Shown here: positions 7,689 to 16,456 of the stretch, piece after piece | How positions within the stretch are numbered: position 1 is the first letter of the stretch | How the letters are laid out: each line of letters opens with the position of its first letter | Assembly: GCA_050250255.1 (NCBI GenBank) | Contig: JBFWOZ010000052.1 | Coordinates: 1-18,259, forward strand | DNA length: 18,259 nucleotides | Direction of reading: 5' to 3' | DNA from: Bdellovibrionales bacterium | GTDB taxonomy: Bacteria > Bdellovibrionota > Bdellovibrionia > Bdellovibrionales > DASUEL01 | The notes under the pieces: generated by a model | Databases searched by the model: none | Told to the model about the DNA's origin: nothing | What the model saw: the letters and a program-made list of their open reading frames with translations, nothing else | Made by a program: the position numbers and the translations under genes

Positions 7689-7880
7689 ATGAAAACTCGC
7701 TTATTAATTTTGCTATTTTATCTGACACCTTTCACCTGCATCGCCTCTAATTCAGAACCTGAGCTTCGACGTGTACTTGATTACAAAACTTATAAAACAA
7801 TATGTGTAGTGGAGGCGAAGCATGTTGAATGGGACATTTTGACAAAATACAATGCCAATTTGTCAAAACGCCATCGTTAA
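7689..7880 (+). CDS. Small signal-peptide-like ORF, possibly a truncated remnant
   Basis: AAGGAAG RBS and hydrophobic N-terminus MKTRLLILLFYLTPFTCIA. The 3' part overlaps UAS motifs of the next operon. Confidence 0.3.
   Translation: MKTRLLILLFYLTPFTCIASNSEPELRRVLDYKTYKTICVVEAKHVEWDILTKYNANLSKRHR
7833..7865. promoter_or_regulatory. Tandem UAS candidates
   Basis: GACA-TTT-TGAC (7833) and GCCA-ATT-TGTC (7854), 21 bp apart, i.e. about two helical turns. Confidence 0.55.
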
Positions 7881-7902
7881 GTCATCTATATTAAAGATGA
7901 GC

Positions 7903-7919
7903 TTGGTCGGTAAATTGTA
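7903..7919 (+). promoter_or_regulatory. Sigma54-like promoter (-12 GT variant)
   Basis: TTGGTCGGTAAATTGTA, GG-N10-GT, between the UAS pair and the CBS start. Confidence 0.5.
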
Positions 7920-7971
7920 ATGTAAAGCCGATAGAATCTACAGCCTATCAACTTTCCAATGGAGGAAAATC

Positions 7972-8379
7972 ATGAAATCGATCCCAAGCGTACAAAAATA
8001 TATGACCTATATTCCTAAGAGTATCGGTTTTGATCAATCTATTGAGCAAGCGGTCAGTGTTATGCGGGAACTTCGAGTTAGACATCTGCCGGTTCTCAAA
8101 GGCGGAAAGCTAGTAGGCGTATTAAGCGATCGCGACATTAATCTGGTACTTGGATTTAAAGATGTCGATCCAAAAAATATGAAAGTGGAAGAAGCTTACA
8201 CACCTAATCCTTATTTTACAAAACCTTCTGCGCCTCTTAATGAGGTTGTTGCAGAAATGGCAGAACATAAATATGGATGCGCGCTCGTCGTGGATAACAA
8301 CACCCTAGTTGGAATTTTCACTGAGGTAGATGCATTTCGAGCCCTCTCTGAACTATTAGAAACTCGTCTTAAACACTAA
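7972..8379 (+). CDS. CBS-pair domain protein
   Basis: VQKYMT...VRHLPVL..LVGVLSDRDI and YGCALVV..LVGIFTEVD. GGAGG RBS. Confidence 0.93.
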   Translation: MKSIPSVQKYMTYIPKSIGFDQSIEQAVSVMRELRVRHLPVLKGGKLVGVLSDRDINLVLGFKDVDPKNMKVEEAYTPNPYFTKPSAPLNEVVAEMAEHKYGCALVVDNNTLVGIFTEVDAFRALSELLETRLKH

Positions 8380-8393
8380 CAAAAGAGAAAAAG

Positions 8394-9548
8394 ATGAAAA
8401 CGCTCGGTTTAATTACTTTGATTTTAGGTCTTTCTCATGTTGGATTCGCGAAAGAGCGCAAGGAACAGGCGAGTGTGCGCACGACGATGCATGAAATCCT
8501 GTTTCGAATGCAAGCACTCCGTCCTTATATGGTGAGTAAAGAAAGCTTTGAAGATCCTAAGAATGAACAAAAGATCGCCGAGCAATTAACGAAACTGACT
8601 CAACTTGTGAAGACAGCAAAGCACGACAAGCTCTCTAAGGCCCCTGGGCTACGGATGTCGAAGCAAGTTTTGCAAGAGCATCTTGACGATACGACCCGTA
8701 TTTTCAAAATTGGGAACAAAGATTATGCTCGTTGGTCTCTCAACTCGACCTTCACAATTTGCATGAGCTGCCACACTCAGGCACCTTCGGAGTCTCGCAA
8801 CTGGAGTTTGATTGGGTTTACAAAATTTGGAAGTGATTTTGAGCATGCAGAGTTTTTGTTTGCTGCAAGAGACTTTGATCATGCTTTAGAGAAGTATGAT
8901 GTCCTGATCGACGGGTATCCTGGCAATAAAATAAGGGCTTTGGAATTAGAAAAATCCATTGAACGAAAGATGGCCATTTTTGCAAGAGTAAAGCGCGATT
9001 TTAAAGGTGGATTAGAGAGCGTTTTGCGAAGCCAGAAAAATACAGAATTACCTCAATATGTTAAGAAAAATTTGATGGCCTGGGAGGCCTCATTTCGTGA
9101 AGCCGCAAAACATTCATTTCCAGATCCAAAAACATCTAACGATGAACAAATAGAAAAATACGTGACCCAAGAAATGAAAAAGGGCCTTTGGGATCGTATG
9201 ATTCAGGCCGCGGATCCGCGACTCACTAAAAATCTTATTATCTCGGGCATACTTTACGAGTATCTGAATTTACATCCTGAAACTAAGATTCGACCAAATA
9301 TCCTTTTTTGGCTTGCGCAATGTGATCAAACTTTGAACAATAATTTTTTCTATTCTCTTTCAAATATCTATCTCAAAGAATGTATGAATCATTACCCGAA
9401 TCATCCTGTGGCGAAACAATGTTTTAAGGAGTATGAAAGTAATACGCTTTTTTCTTATAGTGGATCTGGCGGTACTCATGTACCAAGCGAAGTTCAAAAG
9501 GAACTAAATAATCTGCGCAAGAAAATCTATAGAGAAACCGTGCAATGA
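8394..9548 (+). CDS. Periplasmic monoheme c-type cytochrome-like protein with helical/TPR-like C-terminus
   Basis: Signal peptide and a single CXXCH (CMSCH, 8760-8774) at the end of a helical N-domain. TPR-like AEFLFAARDFDHALEKYD follows. Confidence 0.65.
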   Translation: MKTLGLITLILGLSHVGFAKERKEQASVRTTMHEILFRMQALRPYMVSKESFEDPKNEQKIAEQLTKLTQLVKTAKHDKLSKAPGLRMSKQVLQEHLDDTTRIFKIGNKDYARWSLNSTFTICMSCHTQAPSESRNWSLIGFTKFGSDFEHAEFLFAARDFDHALEKYDVLIDGYPGNKIRALELEKSIERKMAIFARVKRDFKGGLESVLRSQKNTELPQYVKKNLMAWEASFREAAKHSFPDPKTSNDEQIEKYVTQEMKKGLWDRMIQAADPRLTKNLIISGILYEYLNLHPETKIRPNILFWLAQCDQTLNNNFFYSLSNIYLKECMNHYPNHPVAKQCFKEYESNTLFSYSGSGGTHVPSEVQKELNNLRKKIYRETVQ

Positions 9549-10951
9549 AAATCCAATTTTTAGGAGCCGCACAGACCGTGACCGGGAGTCGTACCTTGAT
9601 GGAACATCGAGGTTACCGAATGCTCGTGGATTGTGGGTTATTTCAAGGCCCTAAAGAGAAGCGCCTTTTGAATTGGAATCCTTTTATCGAGGCTCAGCAT
9701 CTCGATGCAGTGTTGCTAACGCACGCACATATTGATCATTCAGGATATATTCCTAAACTTGTAAAAGAGGGCTACACAGGTCAGATTTTTTGTTCCGCAG
9801 CAACCCGAGATTTAGCTCATATTCTTTTACTCGACTCCGCTCATTTGCAGGAAGAAGATGCTTTATTTGCTAATCAGACAGGGTATTCCCATCATAATCC
9901 AGCCCTTCCTCTTTACACGACTCAAGATGCAATCACCTCACTCAAGCAGTTTCACATTGTAGATGATGGAATTTGGCAAACGCTATCTCCTGATATCCGC
10001 TTTCGACTCACAAGATCAGGTCATATTTTAGGTTCACGATTTATACAGGTGGCCTATGATGATGCGAATGAAACAAAAATCATTACTTTCTCAGGAGATT
10101 TGGGAAGTGGTCGCTCTCAAGTATTGAAACCGCCTGTCACAGGCCTTGAAACTGATGATCTCGTATTGGAATCCACCTATGGTGATCGAACTCATCCGAC
10201 TGATGATTTGAAAGCTCAATTATCGGCCATCATTTCTCGAGTCGTAAATCGCGGTGGTGTTTTAGTAATTCCTGCATTTAGCGTGGGTCGAACTCAAGAA
10301 ATTCTTCTTTTGATTCGCCAACTAGAAGAGCAGAAAGCCATTCCGTCGTGTCCCGTTTACTTAGATAGCCCTATGGCTAATCATGCAACTGATATTTATA
10401 TCCAACACACAAAAGATCATCAGCTCGTTGTTTTGAATGGTGAGTTGAAACCACCAGTATGTACGAGTCAGTATATTCCTGTCCGCACACCGCAAGAATC
10501 AAAAGCATTAGCGCGAAAAAAAGGTCCAATGATTGTTGTTTCGGCTGCGGGCATGTTGACCGGAGGAAGAGTGATGCATCACTTGAAGTATCGTTTACCA
10601 CAGCTGGAAAATGCTGTACTATTTGCTGGCTATCAAGCGGAAGAGACAAAGGGCCGTCTTTTGCAAGACGGCATCAAAACTTTGAGAATTCATCACGAAG
10701 AAATCCCTGTAAAAGCGGAGATTGCCACAATCGAAGGACTCTCGGCACATGCAGATGCCGAAGAAATCATCTTGTGGGTCAAAGCGTTTCGCAGAGGTCC
10801 CAAAAGAATATTTATTAATCATGGGGAAGAACATGCTGCCAGACATTTGGCAAAACGGATATCTCAAGAATTAAAAATTGAAGTTATTGTACCGAAGATG
10901 TTTCAAGAATTTGATTTGTCGCATGGAGAAATTTATGAAAAAAGAGCTTAA
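9545..10951 (+). CDS. MBL-fold beta-CASP metallo-hydrolase (YSH1-like putative ribonuclease)
   Basis: FLGAAQTVTGS, DCGLFQG, THAHIDHSG, GHILGS, SGDLG, ESTYG, PAFSVGRTQE, GYQAEET.GR, SAHAD and HGE. ATGA overlap with the upstream gene. Confidence 0.95.
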   Translation: MKIQFLGAAQTVTGSRTLMEHRGYRMLVDCGLFQGPKEKRLLNWNPFIEAQHLDAVLLTHAHIDHSGYIPKLVKEGYTGQIFCSAATRDLAHILLLDSAHLQEEDALFANQTGYSHHNPALPLYTTQDAITSLKQFHIVDDGIWQTLSPDIRFRLTRSGHILGSRFIQVAYDDANETKIITFSGDLGSGRSQVLKPPVTGLETDDLVLESTYGDRTHPTDDLKAQLSAIISRVVNRGGVLVIPAFSVGRTQEILLLIRQLEEQKAIPSCPVYLDSPMANHATDIYIQHTKDHQLVVLNGELKPPVCTSQYIPVRTPQESKALARKKGPMIVVSAAGMLTGGRVMHHLKYRLPQLENAVLFAGYQAEETKGRLLQDGIKTLRIHHEEIPVKAEIATIEGLSAHADAEEIILWVKAFRRGPKRIFINHGEEHAARHLAKRISQELKIEVIVPKMFQEFDLSHGEIYEKRA

Positions 10952-11423
10952 AAAAGTTATGACTGAGCAAGTTATCACAGTGAATTGGAATGACACTGTT
11001 GATTTTGCCTATGGATTAATGAAAAAAAATAACTTCAGACACCTTCCTGTTGTTGGTGATGGAAAAATCATTGTCGGAGTCGTTTCTGAAAAAGATTTGG
11101 ATTTAGCCATCTGGCTGTCGACACAAGAGTCTGAAAATACATTTAGTGAAATCGTCGCGGAGTATATGAGCTGGCCGGTGGTTTATGTACCTACAGAAAT
11201 GAGCCTGAATGAAGTCACCAAAATTATGAGAGAGAAAAAAATTTCTTCTGTCTTGGTCGCAGACGATGAGCGTTTGGTGGGCATAGTGACTACAGATGAT
11301 ATTTTACGATTTTTCACTGAGCAAGAAATTGAAGAGACGGCGAATGTTGAAAAAGTAAGGGCTTGGTTTTATAAGACACAAATTGGACAACTGGCGTCCG
11401 CATTGGCGAACGTCGGTATTTAA
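10935..11423 (+). CDS. CBS-pair domain protein
   Basis: Start revised to ATG 10935 (GGAG at 10925-10928). FRHLPVV..VGVVSEKDL and ISSVLV..LVGIVTTDDI. Confidence 0.9.
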   Translation: MKKELKKVMTEQVITVNWNDTVDFAYGLMKKNNFRHLPVVGDGKIIVGVVSEKDLDLAIWLSTQESENTFSEIVAEYMSWPVVYVPTEMSLNEVTKIMREKKISSVLVADDERLVGIVTTDDILRFFTEQEIEETANVEKVRAWFYKTQIGQLASALANVGI

Positions 11424-11437
11424 GAAAGGCCGGGTTC

Positions 11438-12337
11438 ATGAAATCAATTATTTTTCCTAAAGATATAAATATTCAATCAGCAGCTGATCGCAGAAGACAG
11501 AAGATCGCGTTTTCGTGGACTCAATTTATGTCCAAGAAAATGAAATGCCCGTTGCAGTCAGTTTCAGTTGTTGAAACTTCTTATACTTTTTTAGGAAGTG
11601 ACGGGACGATGAAGCCTTTTTCCAATTTGAAATTAGGAATAAACCGGAAGGCGAAAGCCAATTCGTTGGTACTTTTTGGTTCTCCAGTGGAAGAGTTATC
11701 CAAGCTTACACGCTCTGATAAATATCAGATGATCACAATGGCCACACACGGACGCAAGGGGATCAGCCGTATTTTACAAGGAAGTGTCGTGGAAGAAGTG
11801 ATTCGTCATTCTGACATTCCAGTTTTTGTATTGGGGCCAAAAGTACAAGAGAAAAACATGCCGACAGCCTCTAAAAAACTAAAACTTCTTGTGGCTACTG
11901 ATTTGGCAAAGGGCGGTCGTTCTGCTGAAGAATTCGCCATTCAATTCGCAAAAAAGACAGGAGCAGGTCTCGTACTTTTGCATTGTCCATTTCAGGGAAA
12001 AGATCCCATGATTCAAATTGCCTTAGGCACACCTGAAGGTCAAAAAGCAGTGGCGGATTTGTTTAAAAATCTCCATAAATCCGCTCTGGATAAAATGAGA
12101 CGACGTCAAAAAAAGATTCAGGCGATGGGAATTCACTGTGAAATGTTTTTGGAGGAAGGGTTTGTTTTTGCGGAGAGAGCCGTAGCAAAAACCATTAAAG
12201 AGCAAAAGCCAGATTTAGTAATAACTGGAACAAATGCTCGAACTTTAGTGGGCCAAGCCTATTTTGGCAGCACCGCGAGACAAACGATTCTTCAATCTCC
12301 TATTCCGGTGATAGTAGTGAAAAGTCGTCGTGCATAG
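11438..12337 (+). CDS. Tandem-domain universal stress protein
   Basis: MATHGRKGISRILQGSVVEEVIR.SDIPVFV and LVATDL...YFGSTARQTI..SPIPVIVV. Confidence 0.92.
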   Translation: MKSIIFPKDINIQSAADRRRQKIAFSWTQFMSKKMKCPLQSVSVVETSYTFLGSDGTMKPFSNLKLGINRKAKANSLVLFGSPVEELSKLTRSDKYQMITMATHGRKGISRILQGSVVEEVIRHSDIPVFVLGPKVQEKNMPTASKKLKLLVATDLAKGGRSAEEFAIQFAKKTGAGLVLLHCPFQGKDPMIQIALGTPEGQKAVADLFKNLHKSALDKMRRRQKKIQAMGIHCEMFLEEGFVFAERAVAKTIKEQKPDLVITGTNARTLVGQAYFGSTARQTILQSPIPVIVVKSRRA

Positions 12338-12344
12338 CGACTGT

Positions 12345-12386
12345 GCCAACTTGTCGTTTCAGACATCCTCACAATGACAGCTTGTC
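12345..12386. promoter_or_regulatory. Tandem UAS candidates
   Basis: GCCA-ACT-TGTC (12345) and GACA-GCT-TGTC (12376), 31 bp apart, i.e. about three helical turns. Confidence 0.55.
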
Positions 12387-12426
12387 GTCATTATTTGTTC
12401 CAGATCATTTTATAGCCTTTAGAAGT

Positions 12427-12442
12427 GGGCCTATGTCTTGCT
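12427..12442 (+). promoter_or_regulatory. Sigma54 -24/-12 promoter
   Basis: GGGCCTATGTCTTGCT with GG 12428-12429, N10 and GC 12440-12441, about 35 bp upstream of ATG 12478. Confidence 0.6.
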
Positions 12443-12477
12443 CAAGTGGATGCTATCACTATTCATGAGGAGTAATT

Positions 12478-13110
12478 ATGAAGAATGTCAGTCCAACAAA
12501 AACCGCAGTGTCATCTTCTGTATGCATCACAAATTGGGGTGCCACAAAGGAAGAAATGAATCTTCATCTTCCAGGAGAAGAGTTTTTGACGAACCCTGAG
12601 ATCGCTACGACTCAGGCGATTACAATCAATGCACGACCTGAACAAATTTGGCCTTGGTTGGTGCAAATCGGACAGGGGCGTGGAGGATTTTATAGCCATT
12701 CATTTCTTGAAAATTTGATCGGTTGTCATGTGAAAAACGTCACAGAAATTCGTCCGGAATTACAAAACTTAAAAGTGGGTGACGAAATCAAACTTCATCC
12801 AAAGGCGCCTGGCTTGCGAGTGAATGTGTGTGATCCTCATCATACTTTGGCAATGGACGGATGGATCTTTCATCTTATTCCGATGGGCCCATGCAAGACA
12901 CGACTCATCAGTCGCACTTATCAATTCCAAGATTTTGAAATGAACGGAATCATGTCGGCGATCTTTGAATTAGCGCATTTCATTATGGGGAGAAAACAAC
13001 TCATCGAAATTAAAAGGCTAGTCGAAGAACAAGCCTCGAGTTTTTGTGTGAGCGATGTGTTGACCAATGAGAATAAACGTCGAATGGCCGGAGAAGTGAA
13101 CCATGGCTAA
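12478..13110 (+). CDS. SRPBCC/START-superfamily protein
   Basis: WGAT.EE...LPGE, TQAITINA.PEQIWPWLVQIGQGRGGFYS, TRLISR and HFIM.RKQL..IK. GAGGAG RBS. Confidence 0.8.
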   Translation: MKNVSPTKTAVSSSVCITNWGATKEEMNLHLPGEEFLTNPEIATTQAITINARPEQIWPWLVQIGQGRGGFYSHSFLENLIGCHVKNVTEIRPELQNLKVGDEIKLHPKAPGLRVNVCDPHHTLAMDGWIFHLIPMGPCKTRLISRTYQFQDFEMNGIMSAIFELAHFIMGRKQLIEIKRLVEEQASSFCVSDVLTNENKRRMAGEVNHG

Positions 13111-13150
13111 TGACATCCTTATCGACTGTTCAAAATTACGATACCAATAG
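13103..13150 (+). pseudogene. Possible truncated gene start (MANDILIDCSKLRYQ*)
   Basis: GGAG at 13090-13093 and an ATG overlapping the upstream stop. The frame runs into the 3' end of the convergent kinase gene. Confidence 0.3.
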
Positions 13151-14434
13151 TGGAAGGGTAAAGGTGAAGGCCGATCCATGATCAGGTTGGCTTTGAACCC
13201 ATATCTTTCCACCATGAGCTTCAACGATTTGTTTGCAAATAAAAAGACCCAGGCCAGTGCTTGACTCACCTGCGGTTGGTCGGGTGCTTGCTTTCCCATA
13301 CTCTTTAAATAATTTGTCGATCTCCCCATCAGGAATTCCTGGGCCCTGGTCAATAATGGAAATCTCAACCATACTAGAGTTCACCAAAGTATGAAGGCTT
13401 ACAGTTGTCCCGCCATTGGAGAATTTTATAGCGTTATTAATAAGGTTGTCAAAAACTCGCATGATTTTTTGTTGATCAACGACCGTCTGAAGTGAATTGT
13501 TTGGCGTGGCCCCAATCTCAAGCCGAATATTCTTTTTTCGTGCAACATCATAATGAATTTCTACTGCGTTTCGCAGCAGTGACGTAATAGAAACAGTGGT
13601 CTTGTCTAGTTTGGGTTGAGCATTATTTGATGAATGCACTTCCGTTAGATCCATCAGGAGGTGACCTAAAGATTGGCAATTTCTTTTTAAAGTTTCAATG
13701 ACTTCTGTGGTGTGCTGAGATTTATTTTTTAAGAATAGTCCTTCTTCTAGGAGCTCAATGTAACCTTGAATAATTCCAAGTGGGGACTTTAAATCGTGGA
13801 GAGTCGTTCGTAGCATGACATCTTTTTGTTTTGCGAGCTTGAGATCACCATAAAGGTTGGATTGTCTAATTACATCGGAGAGGTGTTCGGCTACCGGTAG
13901 GAAAATATTTATATGCTGATCTGAGTAGGTATTATTTGTTCGGCTGGAAAAGAAAATGACACCTATTGCCTGCATATTCACAATCAAAGGAAATGTTAAA
14001 TTAGAGAGCATTCCGTCCATGATGAGCCCTTTTGTTGAGCACGATTCTGGATGATTGTCAGAGTAAACAACAAGGTTGTTTATTATGCGTGGCGTTCGTG
14101 AGAGGAGTAAAAGTTCTAGACTTTTACTTACTGAAGCTGTGTAGCCAGTTTTTAATTGCGTAATAGGAAATTCCGAGCGGACCCATGTTAACTTCAAATT
14201 TCGCCTAGTGTTGTCAACGAGCGCTATTCCTAAGCGATCAAAAGGAATATGTTGTCGCAAGGTATCGTATGCAAAATCAAGAACTTCTGAAAGATGGACA
14301 TTGGAATTTGATTTTTTTGATATTTGTAAAAGAGGGTGATCGAGATCATCCTCTGAGTATTTAACATTTTGCGTATAGTTGAATAGCTTTGATATTTTTT
14401 TGAAGAGATTTGGAAGCCGTTCGGCGCCTGCCAT
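13136..14434 (-). CDS. Soluble GAF-domain sensor histidine kinase
   Basis: GAF (FDRLGIAL..PRIINNL..SNLTFPL..IGVIFFSS), H-box TLHDLKSPL, N-box NLINNAIKFS, G1 DQGPGI and G2 GLGLFIC. No TM segment. Confidence 0.93.
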   Translation of the reverse strand: MAGAERLPNLFKKISKLFNYTQNVKYSEDDLDHPLLQISKKSNSNVHLSEVLDFAYDTLRQHIPFDRLGIALVDNTRRNLKLTWVRSEFPITQLKTGYTASVSKSLELLLLSRTPRIINNLVVYSDNHPESCSTKGLIMDGMLSNLTFPLIVNMQAIGVIFFSSRTNNTYSDQHINIFLPVAEHLSDVIRQSNLYGDLKLAKQKDVMLRTTLHDLKSPLGIIQGYIELLEEGLFLKNKSQHTTEVIETLKRNCQSLGHLLMDLTEVHSSNNAQPKLDKTTVSITSLLRNAVEIHYDVARKKNIRLEIGATPNNSLQTVVDQQKIMRVFDNLINNAIKFSNGGTTVSLHTLVNSSMVEISIIDQGPGIPDGEIDKLFKEYGKASTRPTAGESSTGLGLFICKQIVEAHGGKIWVQSQPDHGSAFTFTLPLLVS

Positions 14435-14482
14435 TTTAAAACTCCAATTTATTAGACTCTAATAATTTTCTGACCATATTTC

Positions 14483-15493
14483 TCATTTGGATTGCATATT
14501 CAGTGCCGCCGCTCCACACACGATAACTTTGCTTCTATGTTGATATTGTTCTATTTTCCGACTGAGAGTTCGTCTGCTGATGCCAAGAATTTGGCTGGCT
14601 TTTACTTTGTTGTATTTTACTTCTTCTAAAATGTTTTTAATATATCGTTCTTCCAAAGTCGAAAGGGAGAGTGGTTCAGTATCAATTTCAAGTTCAGCTC
14701 TAAGATTACGATCTGTTGGCGTAATCGCATTGAGAATGTTCTGAGAATTAATTGCATTGTCATTGGAGAAGATTGTGACTCTTTCAATTACGTTTTGTAA
14801 TTCACGAACGTTACCGGGCCAACTGTGATGCATCAACATATCCATAGCTGAATCAGATATTTCATATTTATCAATCCTATGTTCTGCGGCCAATTTTTTT
14901 AAAAAATGGTTTACGAGCTCAGGAATATCTATCGGGTGTTCTCTGAGAGGGGGAACATGAATAGGTACCACGTTTAAACGATAAAACAGATCTTCTCTAA
15001 ACTTACCATTTTTTACATATATTCCTAAGTCTCTGTGAGTTGCGGTGATAATTCTGATGTTAACCACTATTGTTTTATCACTACCGATCGGTCGAATTTC
15101 TTTATTTTGTAAAGAACGCAAAAGTTTTGCTTGCAGATGAAAATCCAAGTCTCCAATTTCGTCCAAAAAAAGAGTCCCGTTATTGGCAATTTCGAACAGT
15201 CCCTTTTTATCTTTGACTGCTCCAGTAAACGATCCTTTGATATGACCAAAGAGCTCGCTTTCAAGTAATTCTGATGGGATAGCCGTGCAATTTATTGGAA
15301 CAAAGTTATTGGATCTTCTGGGGCTGTAGGTATGTATGAGCTTAGCTACTTCTTCTTTACCTACGCCGCTCTCTCCAGTCACGAGCACATTGGCACATGA
15401 TAGCGATACAGTTTGAACAATTTCCAGCAAGTTCTTCATTGAAGAACTTGCTGCAACGAAATTACTAAGTGTGGGATTGTATGTGTCGATCAT
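14483..15493 (-). CDS. Sigma54-dependent Fis-family activator lacking an N-terminal regulatory domain
   Basis: The AAA+ domain begins about 10 aa after Met. [39 protein letters not shown] and [11 protein letters not shown] are present. Confidence 0.9.
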   Translation of the reverse strand: MIDTYNPTLSNFVAASSSMKNLLEIVQTVSLSCANVLVTGESGVGKEEVAKLIHTYSPRRSNNFVPINCTAIPSELLESELFGHIKGSFTGAVKDKKGLFEIANNGTLFLDEIGDLDFHLQAKLLRSLQNKEIRPIGSDKTIVVNIRIITATHRDLGIYVKNGKFREDLFYRLNVVPIHVPPLREHPIDIPELVNHFLKKLAAEHRIDKYEISDSAMDMLMHHSWPGNVRELQNVIERVTIFSNDNAINSQNILNAITPTDRNLRAELEIDTEPLSLSTLEERYIKNILEEVKYNKVKASQILGISRRTLSRKIEQYQHRSKVIVCGAAALNMQSK

Positions 15494-15596
15494 TTTATAT
15501 TTTATTTGAAGCCATGTGGCTTCATTCCTATGTTTGAATCGTTTATGGTGTATAAGTTGTAATTCGTCAACAAAACTAAAATTATTTATGAAATGT

Positions 15597-15706
15597 ATGG
15601 CTTGTGAATCTTTCTAGTTTTGTATTCTTGATGGCTTGTGAATCTGTGTGCGCATATACAAAATGTCGTTATGTCGTTATGTCGATGGGCTTGTGACAAA
15701 ATGTCG
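15597..15706. repeat. Cluster of direct/tandem repeats and UAS-like sites upstream of the REC-less activator
   Basis: ATGGCTTGTGAATCT at 15597 and 15631, (ATGTCGTT)x2.75 at 15663-15684, ACAAAATGTCG at 15658 and 15696, and GACA-AAA-TGTC at 15695. Confidence 0.6.
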
Positions 15707-15939
15707 CTTGTTGGAGAAGTGCATGTGTACTTTATTCAACTAGAGAAAGTTGGATATTTTTTGCAAAAGGTCGAAGGCGTAGCCTGCGTTACAAAAGTAA
15801 AAAAATAAAATTTGAAAACGAATGCATAGGGAAGAGGTATCTTCACAAAATCGCATGCTTTTTAAAGTCTCTATGCATATTTCATATCGTATCGTTGGTT
15901 ATTTCATATATTCCTTCTTATTTTTTCGCTAATAAATTC

Positions 15940-16443
15940 TTATGTCATAAGATGTTTCCGATCAATTGCAGCAAATGTACGATCGAATCTTTCTTTCCGC
16001 TCTTGTCTATTAAATTTTTCATTTTGTACCTGGCGTTGAACAAGTCTGTCTAAGCCATTCATTTCTTGTGCAATAAGCTGTAAAACATCATCTGATGAAA
16101 CGAGACCGAAAGCATTTCCTGCGTCATCTGTGACAATAATTCGTCGAACGCCCTCTCTCTCCATCTTGTCAATAACAGAAGAAATCCCTTCACTTTTTGT
16201 AACCTGAACGACATTTTTGGACATGACATCTTCCACCAAAGTTGTGTGTGGTAAGTTTTCAGCGACCACACCTAGGACGATGTCACGATCGGTTAAGATT
16301 CCGACGGGCTTGTTCTTGCCATTAGATTCAACAACAACAACTCCGCCTACATGATATTTCTTCATCAGGCGCGCAGCGTGCTGCAGGGTTGCAGTACGCT
16401 CGACGCTGATAAGTTTCTGTGAACATAAATCTGAGATTGGCAT
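15940..16443 (-). CDS. CBS-pair domain protein
   Basis: AARLMKKYHVGGVVVV..PVGILTDRDIV and GVRRIIV..GLVSSDDVL. Confidence 0.93.
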   Translation of the reverse strand: MPISDLCSQKLISVERTATLQHAARLMKKYHVGGVVVVESNGKNKPVGILTDRDIVLGVVAENLPHTTLVEDVMSKNVVQVTKSEGISSVIDKMEREGVRRIIVTDDAGNAFGLVSSDDVLQLIAQEMNGLDRLVQRQVQNEKFNRQERKERFDRTFAAIDRKHLMT

Positions 16444-16456
16444 AAAGTTTTCCTTT

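Noticed and set aside
15597..15706. CRISPR array interpretation of the direct repeats
   Set aside because: Only two 15-bp copies with a 19-bp spacer, and no cas genes.
15899..15919. Minus-strand AAGGA RBS followed by ATG-AAA-TAA mini-ORF after the CBS gene
   Set aside because: Too short to distinguish from chance or a decayed gene start.
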